DNA from: a virus
Strand: one strand, 5' to 3'
DNA: 64,000 nucleotides
Virus record (IMG/VR): IMGVR_UViG_3300045988_172839
Coordinates: 128,001 to 192,000 of that record
Part shown: positions 45,961 through 54,185 of the stretch, piece by piece
Position numbering within the stretch: position 1 is the stretch's first letter
Layout of the letters: each line of letters starts with the position of its first letter
Position numbers and translations under genes: made by a program
Notes under the pieces: generated by a model
The model's input: only the letters and a program-made list of their open reading frames with translations
Database searches by the model: none
Told to the model about the DNA's origin: nothing

Positions 45961-45979
45961 CACTTTCACCTAAGAGAAC

Positions 45980-46594
45980 CTAATTCGAAAAGGCGACATA
46001 ACCAATAAGAGCTAGAAGCGGAACCAAGATAGCAGCTAAAACCCACAAAATAGCAGTGTTTAACTTAGGTTTATCCTCTTGTTTCTCATCGTCTGTTTGA
46101 ACCGGTAAAATATGTGCTGAATGTGGATGATAACCATAAAGAGGTCGGTACAGAAGCGCATTTATAGGAGTATCTGCTGAATAAAACGTTTTTACAGTTT
46201 GCTCAGACGAACCCACAGACGAGGAAGAAGCACCAAAGCTAGGTTTACTATGTGTATCTACTTGCGAACCTAACGAGCGCCAATATGAAACTGGCGTACC
46301 AACGGCACTCGACCTATAAGACCTACCATGACTTGAGTTATGTGAACCAAAATGAGACCCACTTTTTGAACCTTTTGATCCACCGTTATGACTGGTTGAA
46401 CCTTTGGAACTACCATGAGAGCCGCTTTTCGAACTACCACGTGAACTACCGTGTGAACCTCCACGAGCACCACCATGACCTCCACCATGACCACCGTAAC
46501 CTCCGTGACCACCTTTAGCAAGTGCCAAGGTTGGAGCGGATACCGAGAATGCTAGTAAACCAACCACAGCTATTTTTGTAAATTTTCGTAACAC
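45980..46594 (-). CDS. secreted, C-terminally anchored His/Gly/Ser-rich protein
   Basis: Signal-peptide-like MLRKFTKIAVVGLLAFSVSAPTLALA, then GGHGGYGGHGGGHGGARGGSHGSSRGSSKSGSHGSSKGS..., then C-terminal TM ILWVLAAILVPLLALIGYVAF. Confidence 0.65.
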   Translation of the reverse strand: MLRKFTKIAVVGLLAFSVSAPTLALAKGGHGGYGGHGGGHGGARGGSHGSSRGSSKSGSHGSSKGSTSHNGGSKGSKSGSHFGSHNSSHGRSYRSSAVGTPVSYWRSLGSQVDTHSKPSFGASSSSVGSSEQTVKTFYSADTPINALLYRPLYGYHPHSAHILPVQTDDEKQEDKPKLNTAILWVLAAILVPLLALIGYVAFSN

Positions 46595-47010
46595 TGTTCA
46601 AATCTCCTTATGTAATTGTCCTCAAGCTCTGAGTAATTCGAAACCAAAAGCATGTACTTATCAGAGGTAACTTTCTTATTGTAGAGGTAAAGCTCTGGTA
46701 CTGCTATCTTAAATGCTTGGTGCAACAACTCTAAAGGAAAAGTCTCACGAAGTGATGAGATACCTTGCCTAGACAGTTCCGTAAGCTCAAATAAATCTTT
46801 ATGTACCAAGCGATTAGAGTAGTTCGTTAAGTTATTTTTTTTGTAATCAAAAGGGTAATCAAGAATTTCAAATAAACAAGTGTAACTCCCCTTTTTATTT
46901 GTTTGAACCACCCCTCTATAAAGCTTATGTTTAAAAAGATTTACACACGAAACAGTGCGCTCAACCCCATCATCTTCAATTTCAACCTTGTACTTATATT
47001 TATCTTTCAT
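46570..47010 (-). CDS. hypothetical protein
   Basis: ORF track. Confidence 0.65.
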   Translation of the reverse strand: MKDKYKYKVEIEDDGVERTVSCVNLFKHKLYRGVVQTNKKGSYTCLFEILDYPFDYKKNNLTNYSNRLVHKDLFELTELSRQGISSLRETFPLELLHQAFKIAVPELYLYNKKVTSDKYMLLVSNYSELEDNYIRRFEQCYENLQK

Positions 47011-47036
47011 CTAAGTACCTTCTTTTTCTAGTAAAG

Positions 47037-48269
47037 CTATTTAACTTTACAAAAGTCTTGAATTTCATAACCTAACTTTTCTTCCAGTTGCGAGGTGTAA
47101 AAGGATACCCTCTCACGGATTTGCGAAACCTCTACGGAATACTGCTTTTGGTAAAGTTCTTCATCAAATAAAACTCCATAAGACAGTAACAAGAATAGAG
47201 TTGCAACTTCAATCGGAAGAACGGTCGTTTCAAAGTGTAAGTTCTCATTTAAAACTGTAATCGGTACAGAATAAACAGACTCTACTTTAGTAATAAAATA
47301 ATGCTCTGCGTAGACTGAGTTATTGGTTTGAGCGTAGTTGACCCCCAAAGTGTCCCAACCTACCTCAACTCTGCTGACTGTTAGTGAAGGTTCCAAAAAC
47401 TCAATGTAGCTACCATATAATTCTTGAATAGACTCTGGGAGACCTTCAAAATCTTCTAATAAACCCTCTCTGGTCTTATAGACGTTGTAAGTATGGAACT
47501 GAACCTCTGTATCTGTGACCTTTGTAATCTTAGCCAAATGAACCTTGTTAATGAATTTGTTTGTACCTTTGCTACTGCGAACCTCTTCGTTTGCTACATA
47601 GCCTTTTTCATAGAGGAAAACGAGCGAACCAACCTGATACCCTTGCTCTTTAAAGAGCTTTTGTTTCTCAGAAATTGGTAACACCTCTTTGTTCATGTAC
47701 CCATGAAAGCGAGCCATCTCAACATAAAGTTGACTGTTAATCGTGTCTATATCTTTCGCACTCAAATCATAGTCAATCGGTAAATACTCAAAGAGTTTGA
47801 AATAGTAAAGAATACTGGACTCAGCTAACTCTGAGGAAAGACCTTTCACACTTAAATGAAAATCTCCTACAATCACATCAAGATAAATCGCAAACCACAA
47901 GACCACCAAACTATACGAGAGTTGGTAAGGGTAGTTACTAGGTTTCAAATAAGTATAGTTCTCTTCAGTTACCACAAAGGAAGTGCTTGAAACTCTGAAA
48001 TTCTCTACGATTGTTTCAAAGTGAGCCAACAACCTCCGATAATCATAGCTAGGAGGAACTGCTGCTATAGTTTCTTTTAAAGTTAAAAGCTTACGAGCGG
48101 AAGCCATGCTGACATAGGGATACCCATCTAGTTTACTGAGAGCGCTCGGTTCAAATGGAACTGTTGGAATGAACTCTGGAGTAGTTTTGTAAATCTCACT
48201 ATAAGCAATATTATAGAAAGACCAATAAAGAGCCTTATAGGGAGAGTCTATCGTGTATTTATCAACCAT
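47037..48269 (-). CDS. hypothetical protein
   Basis: ORF track, 410 aa. Confidence 0.7.
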   Translation of the reverse strand: MVDKYTIDSPYKALYWSFYNIAYSEIYKTTPEFIPTVPFEPSALSKLDGYPYVSMASARKLLTLKETIAAVPPSYDYRRLLAHFETIVENFRVSSTSFVVTEENYTYLKPSNYPYQLSYSLVVLWFAIYLDVIVGDFHLSVKGLSSELAESSILYYFKLFEYLPIDYDLSAKDIDTINSQLYVEMARFHGYMNKEVLPISEKQKLFKEQGYQVGSLVFLYEKGYVANEEVRSSKGTNKFINKVHLAKITKVTDTEVQFHTYNVYKTREGLLEDFEGLPESIQELYGSYIEFLEPSLTVSRVEVGWDTLGVNYAQTNNSVYAEHYFITKVESVYSVPITVLNENLHFETTVLPIEVATLFLLLSYGVLFDEELYQKQYSVEVSQIRERVSFYTSQLEEKLGYEIQDFCKVK

Positions 48270-48271
48270 CG

Positions 48272-49033
48272 TTAAACACCCTCAACCCTTTCAAACTCAA
48301 CTTTGTTGTGGTTTGGGAAATTCTTCTTTTGAAGTTCTAAAACCAAATCTGCAGGGAGAGTTTTGTTCAAGGTCAGATACCGGGAGAGTGAACCCCAAGT
48401 CTTAATATCTTCAAGGCTTTCTGAGAGAACCTGCTTTAGCGTTTTCTCTACTTCTAAGACTCTTGTAAGAGCTTCTACAATCTCTTCTTTGGACTTCTCT
48501 TTAATCAAATCTATCTGGTAAAGCTCACTTGTACGCTGATTTAAAAGGTTTGGAGCGACTTGTACTAAAGGGAAATCTGAAATTTCTTCTATAATAGTAG
48601 AAAGTCCATCAGAATTGACTTGTAAATACTCCTCAATCACTTGAAACTGACGGTTTTTCCAAAGACTTAATAAACCTGTCGGAAATCTTGACTCAAGACT
48701 TTCTTCAACTTTTAGACTTGCGTAGTAAACTTGACGAGAAGTCAATCCTGAAAGGTCTACGAGTTGCTTGCAGTTGAGTCCTGATCGATACAATTTCAAA
48801 AGACTAAGTGTGCTTTCTTCATTTGACTTACTCAGATTTAAGTAAGACCCGCTCTTCAAAAAATCAACAAGCGTTTTTGCAAACTGCAAGTCCTCTACTG
48901 TTTGTAAGACCGAACTAGAAGGAATGTGCTTGTTATTCTCTAATCTAGTTTGGAATAAAGTAATATCAGAATAAATCTGATTTAAAGTATTAAATATCGG
49001 TTTCTTTTTACTCATAAAAGTTAAAAACCACAC
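48272..49033 (-). CDS. hypothetical protein with sigma-70 region-4-like HTH
   Basis: LLKLYRSGLNCKQLVDLSGLTSRQVYYASLKV resembles a region-4/LuxR-type HTH. The start codon is uncertain (GTG 49033 or ATG 49015, neither with a good RBS). Confidence 0.5.
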   Translation of the reverse strand: MWFLTFMSKKKPIFNTLNQIYSDITLFQTRLENNKHIPSSSVLQTVEDLQFAKTLVDFLKSGSYLNLSKSNEESTLSLLKLYRSGLNCKQLVDLSGLTSRQVYYASLKVEESLESRFPTGLLSLWKNRQFQVIEEYLQVNSDGLSTIIEEISDFPLVQVAPNLLNQRTSELYQIDLIKEKSKEEIVEALTRVLEVEKTLKQVLSESLEDIKTWGSLSRYLTLNKTLPADLVLELQKKNFPNHNKVEFERVEGV

Positions 49034-49175
49034 AAAAAACTACTATTTTATGATTTACTTTTAAAGCACAAAATAAATCATTCTACTTTTCTGTACTTTA
49101 TCCTCTCTGTAAAATTTTCAGTCTGAAATCTAGCTATATGACTAGAAATTTTCTTTGCTGAATTTCTTAAGGTCT

Positions 49176-49204
49176 ATTATACATTATTTTAAAATAAAAA
49201 TCAA
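49176..49204 (-). promoter_or_regulatory. sigma-A-type promoter TTGATT-17-TATAAT
   Basis: attata at 49176-49181 and aatcaa at 49199-49204. It would give a leader of about 140 nt to gene 48272..49033. Confidence 0.55.
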
Positions 49205-49386
49205 GTAACAAGATGTACAAAATCTAAATCAAAATGAGATAAGTTTGGTATTTTTTGGACTAAAGTAAATAATTTGGATTGAAATAGAGTTTACTATAAA
49301 GAAAAACAAGTTTGAGGATACCGAATAGAGGATTTGGGGAGTTCTTTCAATAGTAAAAAAAAACTGAAATTTAAAATTGACAGTTT

Positions 49387-49428
49387 GTTCTCTGTTCTCT
49401 GTTCTCTGTTCTCTGTTCTCTGTTCTCT
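49387..49428. repeat. heptanucleotide microsatellite (GTTCTCT)x6
   Basis: Six perfect tandem copies. Confidence 0.95.
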
Positions 49429-49862
49429 ACTTTCCAAATTCGACCCAACTCAAAAATCTCAGAACTGAAAACTGAATTAGAAATGCACGTGGACTGAGGA
49501 TACCGCAAGGGTGACTAGAGTTTGCTCTGATTTTCTTGGAATTAGAATGCTCCATGAACCTCTACTAATCTTACTGAAGTTTAAGTTACTTACTTAAATT
49601 AAGGCTTACAAAGAAGGAAGACCGCAAAACAAATCTGAAGCCCAACGGAGGTTGAGCGTTCCTATTAACAAAGTTAAAGCCAAAAGTAAAGACCAAAACT
49701 CAAAGCGAGGATACCACTGAGAGGTAGGTTGAGGAGTTGAAGTTTTAAGTTCAGACCTCAGACATTAAACCTGCACAACCAAGCAAAAAGCCACCAAATC
49801 CTTACGGAATTGGGGCGTTCCCTAACCTTAAAACGAAAAATCAGCCTTAAACTTGAAAAACC

Positions 49863-50239
49863 TATGACACAATTTAAGGAAACCTAAGACAATATATTCT
49901 CAATCTAGGACAGAAATTGAGAGAATTAGGACAAATAAATCTCATTTTATGACAAACTTTAACCGTTTTAGGACAAACAAACCTTAATTTAGGACAAAAA
50001 GGCAAAGATTTATGACAAATTTAAACAAAGTTATGACAAATAAACCTATTTCTACGACAAATAAAACCGTTTTTATGACAAAAAGACAAAGACTTAGGAC
50101 AATTTTAAGTAAAGTTAAGACAAAAATAACTAATCTTAAGACAGATTTTAGTACAATTAGGACAAGTGTATGACAGAATTACCTAATCTTAGGACAAAAA
50201 GTCTAAAATCTATGACAAAAATAAAAAGAGTTACGACAA
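49863..50239. repeat. iteron array, 19 direct copies of TA(T/G/A/C)GACA(A/G) at 21-bp spacing
   Basis: Octamers start at 49863 and at 49885 then every 21 bp to 50158 (14 in register). One is offset by 11 bp at 50169, followed by 50190, 50211 and 50232. Confidence 0.9.
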
Positions 50240-50449
50240 GTCACAACTACTGCTTTTCAGAAGCCTAAATACAAGAAATAAGGGAGAAAAAGACACAAAC
50301 TTCGCAAAAGTCTTGAAAATCTAGATACCGCTGAGAGGGTTTAAGAACTAAATTTAGTTCTCAAAATCAAACCGCAGACATTTTTCCCTAAAATCAAGTT
50401 TAAAGGCTCTCATTTGCCCCGTGTCGCATTTTAAATTGAAGTTGGACAT

Positions 50450-50458
50450 ATTATACCA
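50450..50458 (-). promoter_or_regulatory. possible extended -10 promoter TGgTATAAT without a good -35
   Basis: attata at 50450-50455 plus cca at 50456-58. It would transcribe toward the iteron array. Confidence 0.35.
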
Positions 50459-50509
50459 TAAGAGGTTAAAATCAAATCTGGTGCAATCTGGGGCTTTTTA
50501 GAGAAATAG

Positions 50510-50535
50510 AAAAAGTGAAGACTAAAATCTTCACT
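50510..50535 (-). terminator. rho-independent terminator
   Basis: Stem agtgaaga/tcttcact with a 6-nt loop and a U-run, 3' of gene 50666..50944. Confidence 0.7.
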
Positions 50536-50665
50536 TATCTTCTACGTTTATTAAGGTTATGTTTAGGTTCATCTTCAAAACAGTCTGTGAAATCAACCTC
50601 TTTCGAACGATATAGGAAACCCAAACTAACCAACATAAGGACTGCAAGTAATAACCACAAAGTCT

Positions 50666-50944
50666 TTACTCCCAACCATCATCTGAGTTTGCTGCACTCT
50701 CATAGTCTACTTCAGCTCCGTCTCGGAAGCTCTTCTTAGTGAGGAGAGAGTAAACCCACAAACCAAAGTACCAAATAGTCACAACACCAACTACAAGTCC
50801 GAGTGGAATCGTAGCTACAATCACATCAAGATTGGAAAGACCTGTGAGACGGAGAACGAAAAGTACAACAACTGCAAGCATTGTAAGAATCATTGTCGTC
50901 ATTAAAATCGCTAATGGTAAGTTCCATTTGTTGATAAATTTCAT
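50666..50944 (-). CDS. small membrane protein
   Basis: Two to three hydrophobic segments and an acidic C-terminus. Confidence 0.65.
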   Translation of the reverse strand: MKFINKWNLPLAILMTTMILTMLAVVVLFVLRLTGLSNLDVIVATIPLGLVVGVVTIWYFGLWVYSLLTKKSFRDGAEVDYESAANSDDGWE

Positions 50945-50959
50945 TGTTTTTAACCTTTC

Positions 50960-51256
50960 TTAAAGCCTACATTTATATTCGCGCCCTGCGAGGTGATACC
51001 GCAATAAGTCTGAACCTTGGGTAACCAGAACCTCTCTAGTTACTAAATCAATAGTCTGACCTAAACCATGTTCTAATAAGAGTTCGTAGGCTTCTTGCAG
51101 AACCTTGAACTCCTCATGAGACCCACCTTCAACATCCGGGTGAACTTCTTTGGAGCGCTTTTTATACGCTTGTTTCAAACTAGTTTGTTCTACGGTTATA
51201 ACACCTTCAAAGCCGAGAATCTTTAAGGCTTTTTTAATACTGCTTAATTCTATCAT
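50960..51256 (-). CDS. J-domain (DnaJ-like) protein
   Basis: LKQAYKKRSKEVHPDVEGGSHEEFKVLQEAYELL contains the HPD tripeptide in a J-domain helix II/III context. Confidence 0.8.
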   Translation of the reverse strand: MIELSSIKKALKILGFEGVITVEQTSLKQAYKKRSKEVHPDVEGGSHEEFKVLQEAYELLLEHGLGQTIDLVTREVLVTQGSDLLRYHLAGREYKCRL

Positions 51257-51283
51257 AATCTATCTAAACGTGCAAGAGTTTCT

Positions 51284-51814
51284 TTATCTGTAGTAATTAG
51301 CGCTTGCCACGTAAACGTGGGTTGGGTAACGTCCTACGGTGTAAGGGTGGCGGACAACCTTGTAGTTTGCTTGATTATCTTGGTATTTGAGGATACGGTA
51401 AGGGTTATCGTCTACAAAAACCACCTTATCTGAACTATCCTTTGCAGACTGTAAAAGACGAGCTAGAACTTTCTCTTCTTGCTTTACGCTATAGAAAGAC
51501 ATGAAAGCTGAGTTTCCATAACCTAACTTATCAAGCAGTTCTCTCTTCTTCTCTGCAATTTCCTTATTAGGGCTCAAACTAATAAAGCAAATATCCTCAG
51601 TATGAGAGCCTACGAGACCTTCGAGATACCACTCTACTTCTTCATTTACCTTAATCCCACCGTATTGGTAAAATTGAGGGTTTGAGAAGTGTTTAAGTAA
51701 CTCCTTCTCCAACTCATAAAACAACTGTTTCTCTGGTTCATAAGTTGGTTTGAAATCAACCAAACGACTTGCTGAATCAAGGAGTGTATTGTCTAAATCA
51801 ACGTAAACGCGCAA
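51284..51814 (-). CDS. HAD-superfamily hydrolase, 5'(3')-deoxyribonucleotidase-like
   Basis: VYVDLDNTLLD (DxDxT motif I) and VFVDDNP (motif IV). Confidence 0.6.
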   Translation of the reverse strand: MRVYVDLDNTLLDSASRLVDFKPTYEPEKQLFYELEKELLKHFSNPQFYQYGGIKVNEEVEWYLEGLVGSHTEDICFISLSPNKEIAEKKRELLDKLGYGNSAFMSFYSVKQEEKVLARLLQSAKDSSDKVVFVDDNPYRILKYQDNQANYKVVRHPYTVGRYPTHVYVASANYYR

Positions 51815-51857
51815 TCTTTTAACCTCACTAAAATTTAATTTAAACTAGGAAAAGTCC

Positions 51858-52280
51858 TTATTCCAAAGCGATAAAGACTATTTCATCCCATGTGAACTTA
51901 GAAAAGAACTTCAAAACTCTTTCTAAACTGAATTTATTTATAGTATTCTCTGAGTTCTTTATATAAGTCTCCAAATCAAACTGAGGGTAAATGGTCTGAT
52001 ACACCTCTGTATCTAAGCGAGAACCTAAGTGGGATATACCGCTATAAAATAAGGCGTCTTCAAGACCCATATTGCGAACCCACTTACAAAACTGAAGGCT
52101 TTCGCTTGGGGTTAGCTTATAAACCTTGTTGGTCTGAACAAGCGAATTAGGTGCTAAGGCAATTAGCACCTTATCAAGAATACCCTCACCCTCAATCCAC
52201 AAGAAACCTAGTTCTTTCAAGGACTGTAGGAGTTTATCTCTTTCATAAATTGTAACAATTAAGTGTCTATCTTCTTTCAT
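51858..52280 (-). CDS. hypothetical protein
   Basis: ATG 52280 after an AGGTG RBS. The GTG at 52292 lies in or near that RBS. Confidence 0.65.
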   Translation of the reverse strand: MKEDRHLIVTIYERDKLLQSLKELGFLWIEGEGILDKVLIALAPNSLVQTNKVYKLTPSESLQFCKWVRNMGLEDALFYSGISHLGSRLDTEVYQTIYPQFDLETYIKNSENTINKFSLERVLKFFSKFTWDEIVFIALE

Positions 52281-52301
52281 GTAGTGCGACACCTACTAGC
52301 A

Positions 52302-52445
52302 CTAAACCTTACGAGGTTTAGGTTCTTCCTTATTCTTGTGCAAATCCTTACAAGAGTCATCCTTACAAGAGTGCTTATACTTAGTTACAACTGAAGTGTA
52401 AGCACTAGACAAACCTTGCTTCGGAGGTACTTCTTTTGTCTTCAA
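52302..52445 (-). CDS. unlisted small basic protein, 47 aa
   Basis: TTG at 52445 lies 7 nt after AAAGGAG. The frame reads MKTKEVPPKQGLSSAYTSVVTKYKHSCKDDSCKDLHKNKEEPKPRKV and ends in TAG at 52302-52304. It fills an otherwise empty gap. Confidence 0.45.
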   Translation of the reverse strand: MKTKEVPPKQGLSSAYTSVVTKYKHSCKDDSCKDLHKNKEEPKPRKV

Positions 52446-52457
52446 AGCTACGCTCCT

Positions 52458-53231
52458 TTACTTTCTTGTTTCTTTCGTCTTCAAGGTGCGAGCAGAAACT
52501 TTAGGAGTAGAAGTCTTCGCTACTTTTGGCGTGGCTTCTGCACTCTTTTTCTTACTGCTCGAACCTGTGCGAATGACCTTTGGCTTTTCAACATCGCCAA
52601 ATTTCTTATATAAGTCAACCAATTCATCATTGATATATTTCTCTCTCAAAATACCTGATTGAGAGTAGACAAGGCGCACGGTTGCGCCATTTTCGAGATA
52701 CCCGTGGACGGTTTGGTTCATGGAAGTACGAGTAACACGAACCTCTCCAACTAAGTTATTCTCCTTGCGAATCTTAACTACACTTTGGTGGATTCGGTGG
52801 AGCTGAATTTTGAAGACTTTTTCAGTCTTACTTGTGTACCCCAAAGGAATGTGGTAATTACGCTCTGGGAGAACAAACTCAGCGCCTAAGTTACATGAAG
52901 GTAAGTTCTTCAACATGTAAGGTTTCAACTGAATATCAACATCTTTTGTCAACCACAAGTGGAGCTGAATAGGAATGTCTAAACCTTCAACCTTTAAGGT
53001 AATGGTGCGGTTAATGGTAATATCTAAGTCCAAACCATCTTGAACATATTCCAAATCACTCCACAAGCGAGTGTTGAACTTGTACTTCTTGTCATGGTAC
53101 AACTGTTTTAAAACGTTGTTTACTACTGTCTTTTCCCAGTAGTTCTTAATTTCCTGTGTAACCTTTACAAATGGTGTTGAGGGAAATTTGGTCAAGTCTA
53201 AATCTGCTTTCTTTTCTTTCAAATACACCAA
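52458..53231 (-). CDS. hypothetical protein with Lys-rich C-terminal tail
   Basis: ORF track; tail SSSKKKSAEATPKVAKTSTPKVSARTLKTKETRK suggests nucleic-acid binding. Confidence 0.7.
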   Translation of the reverse strand: MVYLKEKKADLDLTKFPSTPFVKVTQEIKNYWEKTVVNNVLKQLYHDKKYKFNTRLWSDLEYVQDGLDLDITINRTITLKVEGLDIPIQLHLWLTKDVDIQLKPYMLKNLPSCNLGAEFVLPERNYHIPLGYTSKTEKVFKIQLHRIHQSVVKIRKENNLVGEVRVTRTSMNQTVHGYLENGATVRLVYSQSGILREKYINDELVDLYKKFGDVEKPKVIRTGSSSKKKSAEATPKVAKTSTPKVSARTLKTKETRK

Positions 53232-53241
53232 CTCCCTCTAA

Positions 53242-54060
53242 TTATTTACCAAACATAAACTGTTCTTGGTCTTTAGCAAATTGCTCTGTATAACGGTCTA
53301 AGCGCATGTACATTGCAGCCTTTGAAATCCCTTGTTTTTCCGCCCACTGGACGACTGGGATACCTTTGAAATAAATCGCCTTAATGTCATCTCTTACCTG
53401 TTTAGTTGTCTTATCTTTCAAGTAAGCCTTTAGCTTAGTTGGTGAGACTCTAAACAAGTCTTCTTCAAACTCTTTAAAGGCACTTGCTACAACATTGTAA
53501 GGGTACAATTTTGATAAGATCTCTGGTGTTGCTTCTTGGTAGGCTACAACTCCACTTACTCTGTTCTTACGAGATTTTACTTTTACTTCGTTTTGAGCTT
53601 CCAACCATTTCTTAAAAGGAACTTCAAGACCCCTACTTAACCCAATTAAGTAAACAGTTTGCTCTTTGAATGGGAAACAAGTAAAGTGCAAGACTTCAAT
53701 TCCTTCTGCGTTTGCAAAAGCGTGTACTAAAGACGACAGCTTAGACAAGCGACTTAACCCTACAACTTCAGACAACTCGTGTAGTGAAATAATTTCACTA
53801 TTGTCAATCTTAGAGCCATCTTTCAAGTATTTATCGCTCTCGATAATTTCTTGATTCGTAAGGGGCGCTTTATCTACATAAGTCACACCTCGAACGCGAG
53901 ACTTGACTTCCCCTATTTGAAACGGTTTACTTGCAAGACCAATTCTACCATTTTGCAAGTTGTAATTGAATGATGACTCTTGGATTTGGTACTTATTTCT
54001 GTACTCATTACGAGTCAACCCTACTTCTACTACCATAATTCTATCTAAAATACCTTTCAT
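53242..54060 (-). CDS. hypothetical protein with C-terminal HTH-like segment
   Basis: Start set at ATG 54060, because the track's N-terminal extension covers the promoter. WAEKQGISKAAMYMRLDRY looks like an HTH. Confidence 0.6.
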   Translation of the reverse strand: MKGILDRIMVVEVGLTRNEYRNKYQIQESSFNYNLQNGRIGLASKPFQIGEVKSRVRGVTYVDKAPLTNQEIIESDKYLKDGSKIDNSEIISLHELSEVVGLSRLSKLSSLVHAFANAEGIEVLHFTCFPFKEQTVYLIGLSRGLEVPFKKWLEAQNEVKVKSRKNRVSGVVAYQEATPEILSKLYPYNVVASAFKEFEEDLFRVSPTKLKAYLKDKTTKQVRDDIKAIYFKGIPVVQWAEKQGISKAAMYMRLDRYTEQFAKDQEQFMFGK

Positions 54061-54076
54061 CTCGATTTTCTCTTTT

Positions 54077-54105
54077 ATTATATCACAAATTTTAGTAAAA
54101 GTCAA
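54077..54105 (-). promoter_or_regulatory. sigma-A-type promoter TTGACT-17-TATAAT
   Basis: attata at 54077-54082 and agtcaa at 54100-54105, 17-nt spacer. Confidence 0.8.
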
Positions 54106-54185
54106 GAAAATAAGATAAAGTTGTGAAAACGACTTGGAAATCTTGAAAAAAGGAAGAACCCAAGTTCTTCCTAATCTTAGATAAT

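Noticed and set aside
29147-46521. Minus-strand ORFs nested in another frame of larger genes (29147..29350, 33201..33413, 34158..34361, 38174..38434, 44280..44537 and 46270..46521)
   Set aside because: They are fully contained in genes with clear motifs or better coding character (DHH, helicase and others). They are alternative-frame artefacts.
49863-50239. The 21-bp periodic array as a CRISPR array
   Set aside because: The conserved unit is only 8 bp and the spacers are only 13 bp. There is no palindromic repeat, no leader or cas genes, and the spacers are uniformly A/T-rich. An iteron or centromere-like array fits better.
44992-50665. tRNA genes in the two long non-coding regions
   Set aside because: I found no GGTTCGAATCC-type T-loop or cloverleaf-compatible pairing by eye on either strand. 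This needs tRNAscan-SE to be certain.
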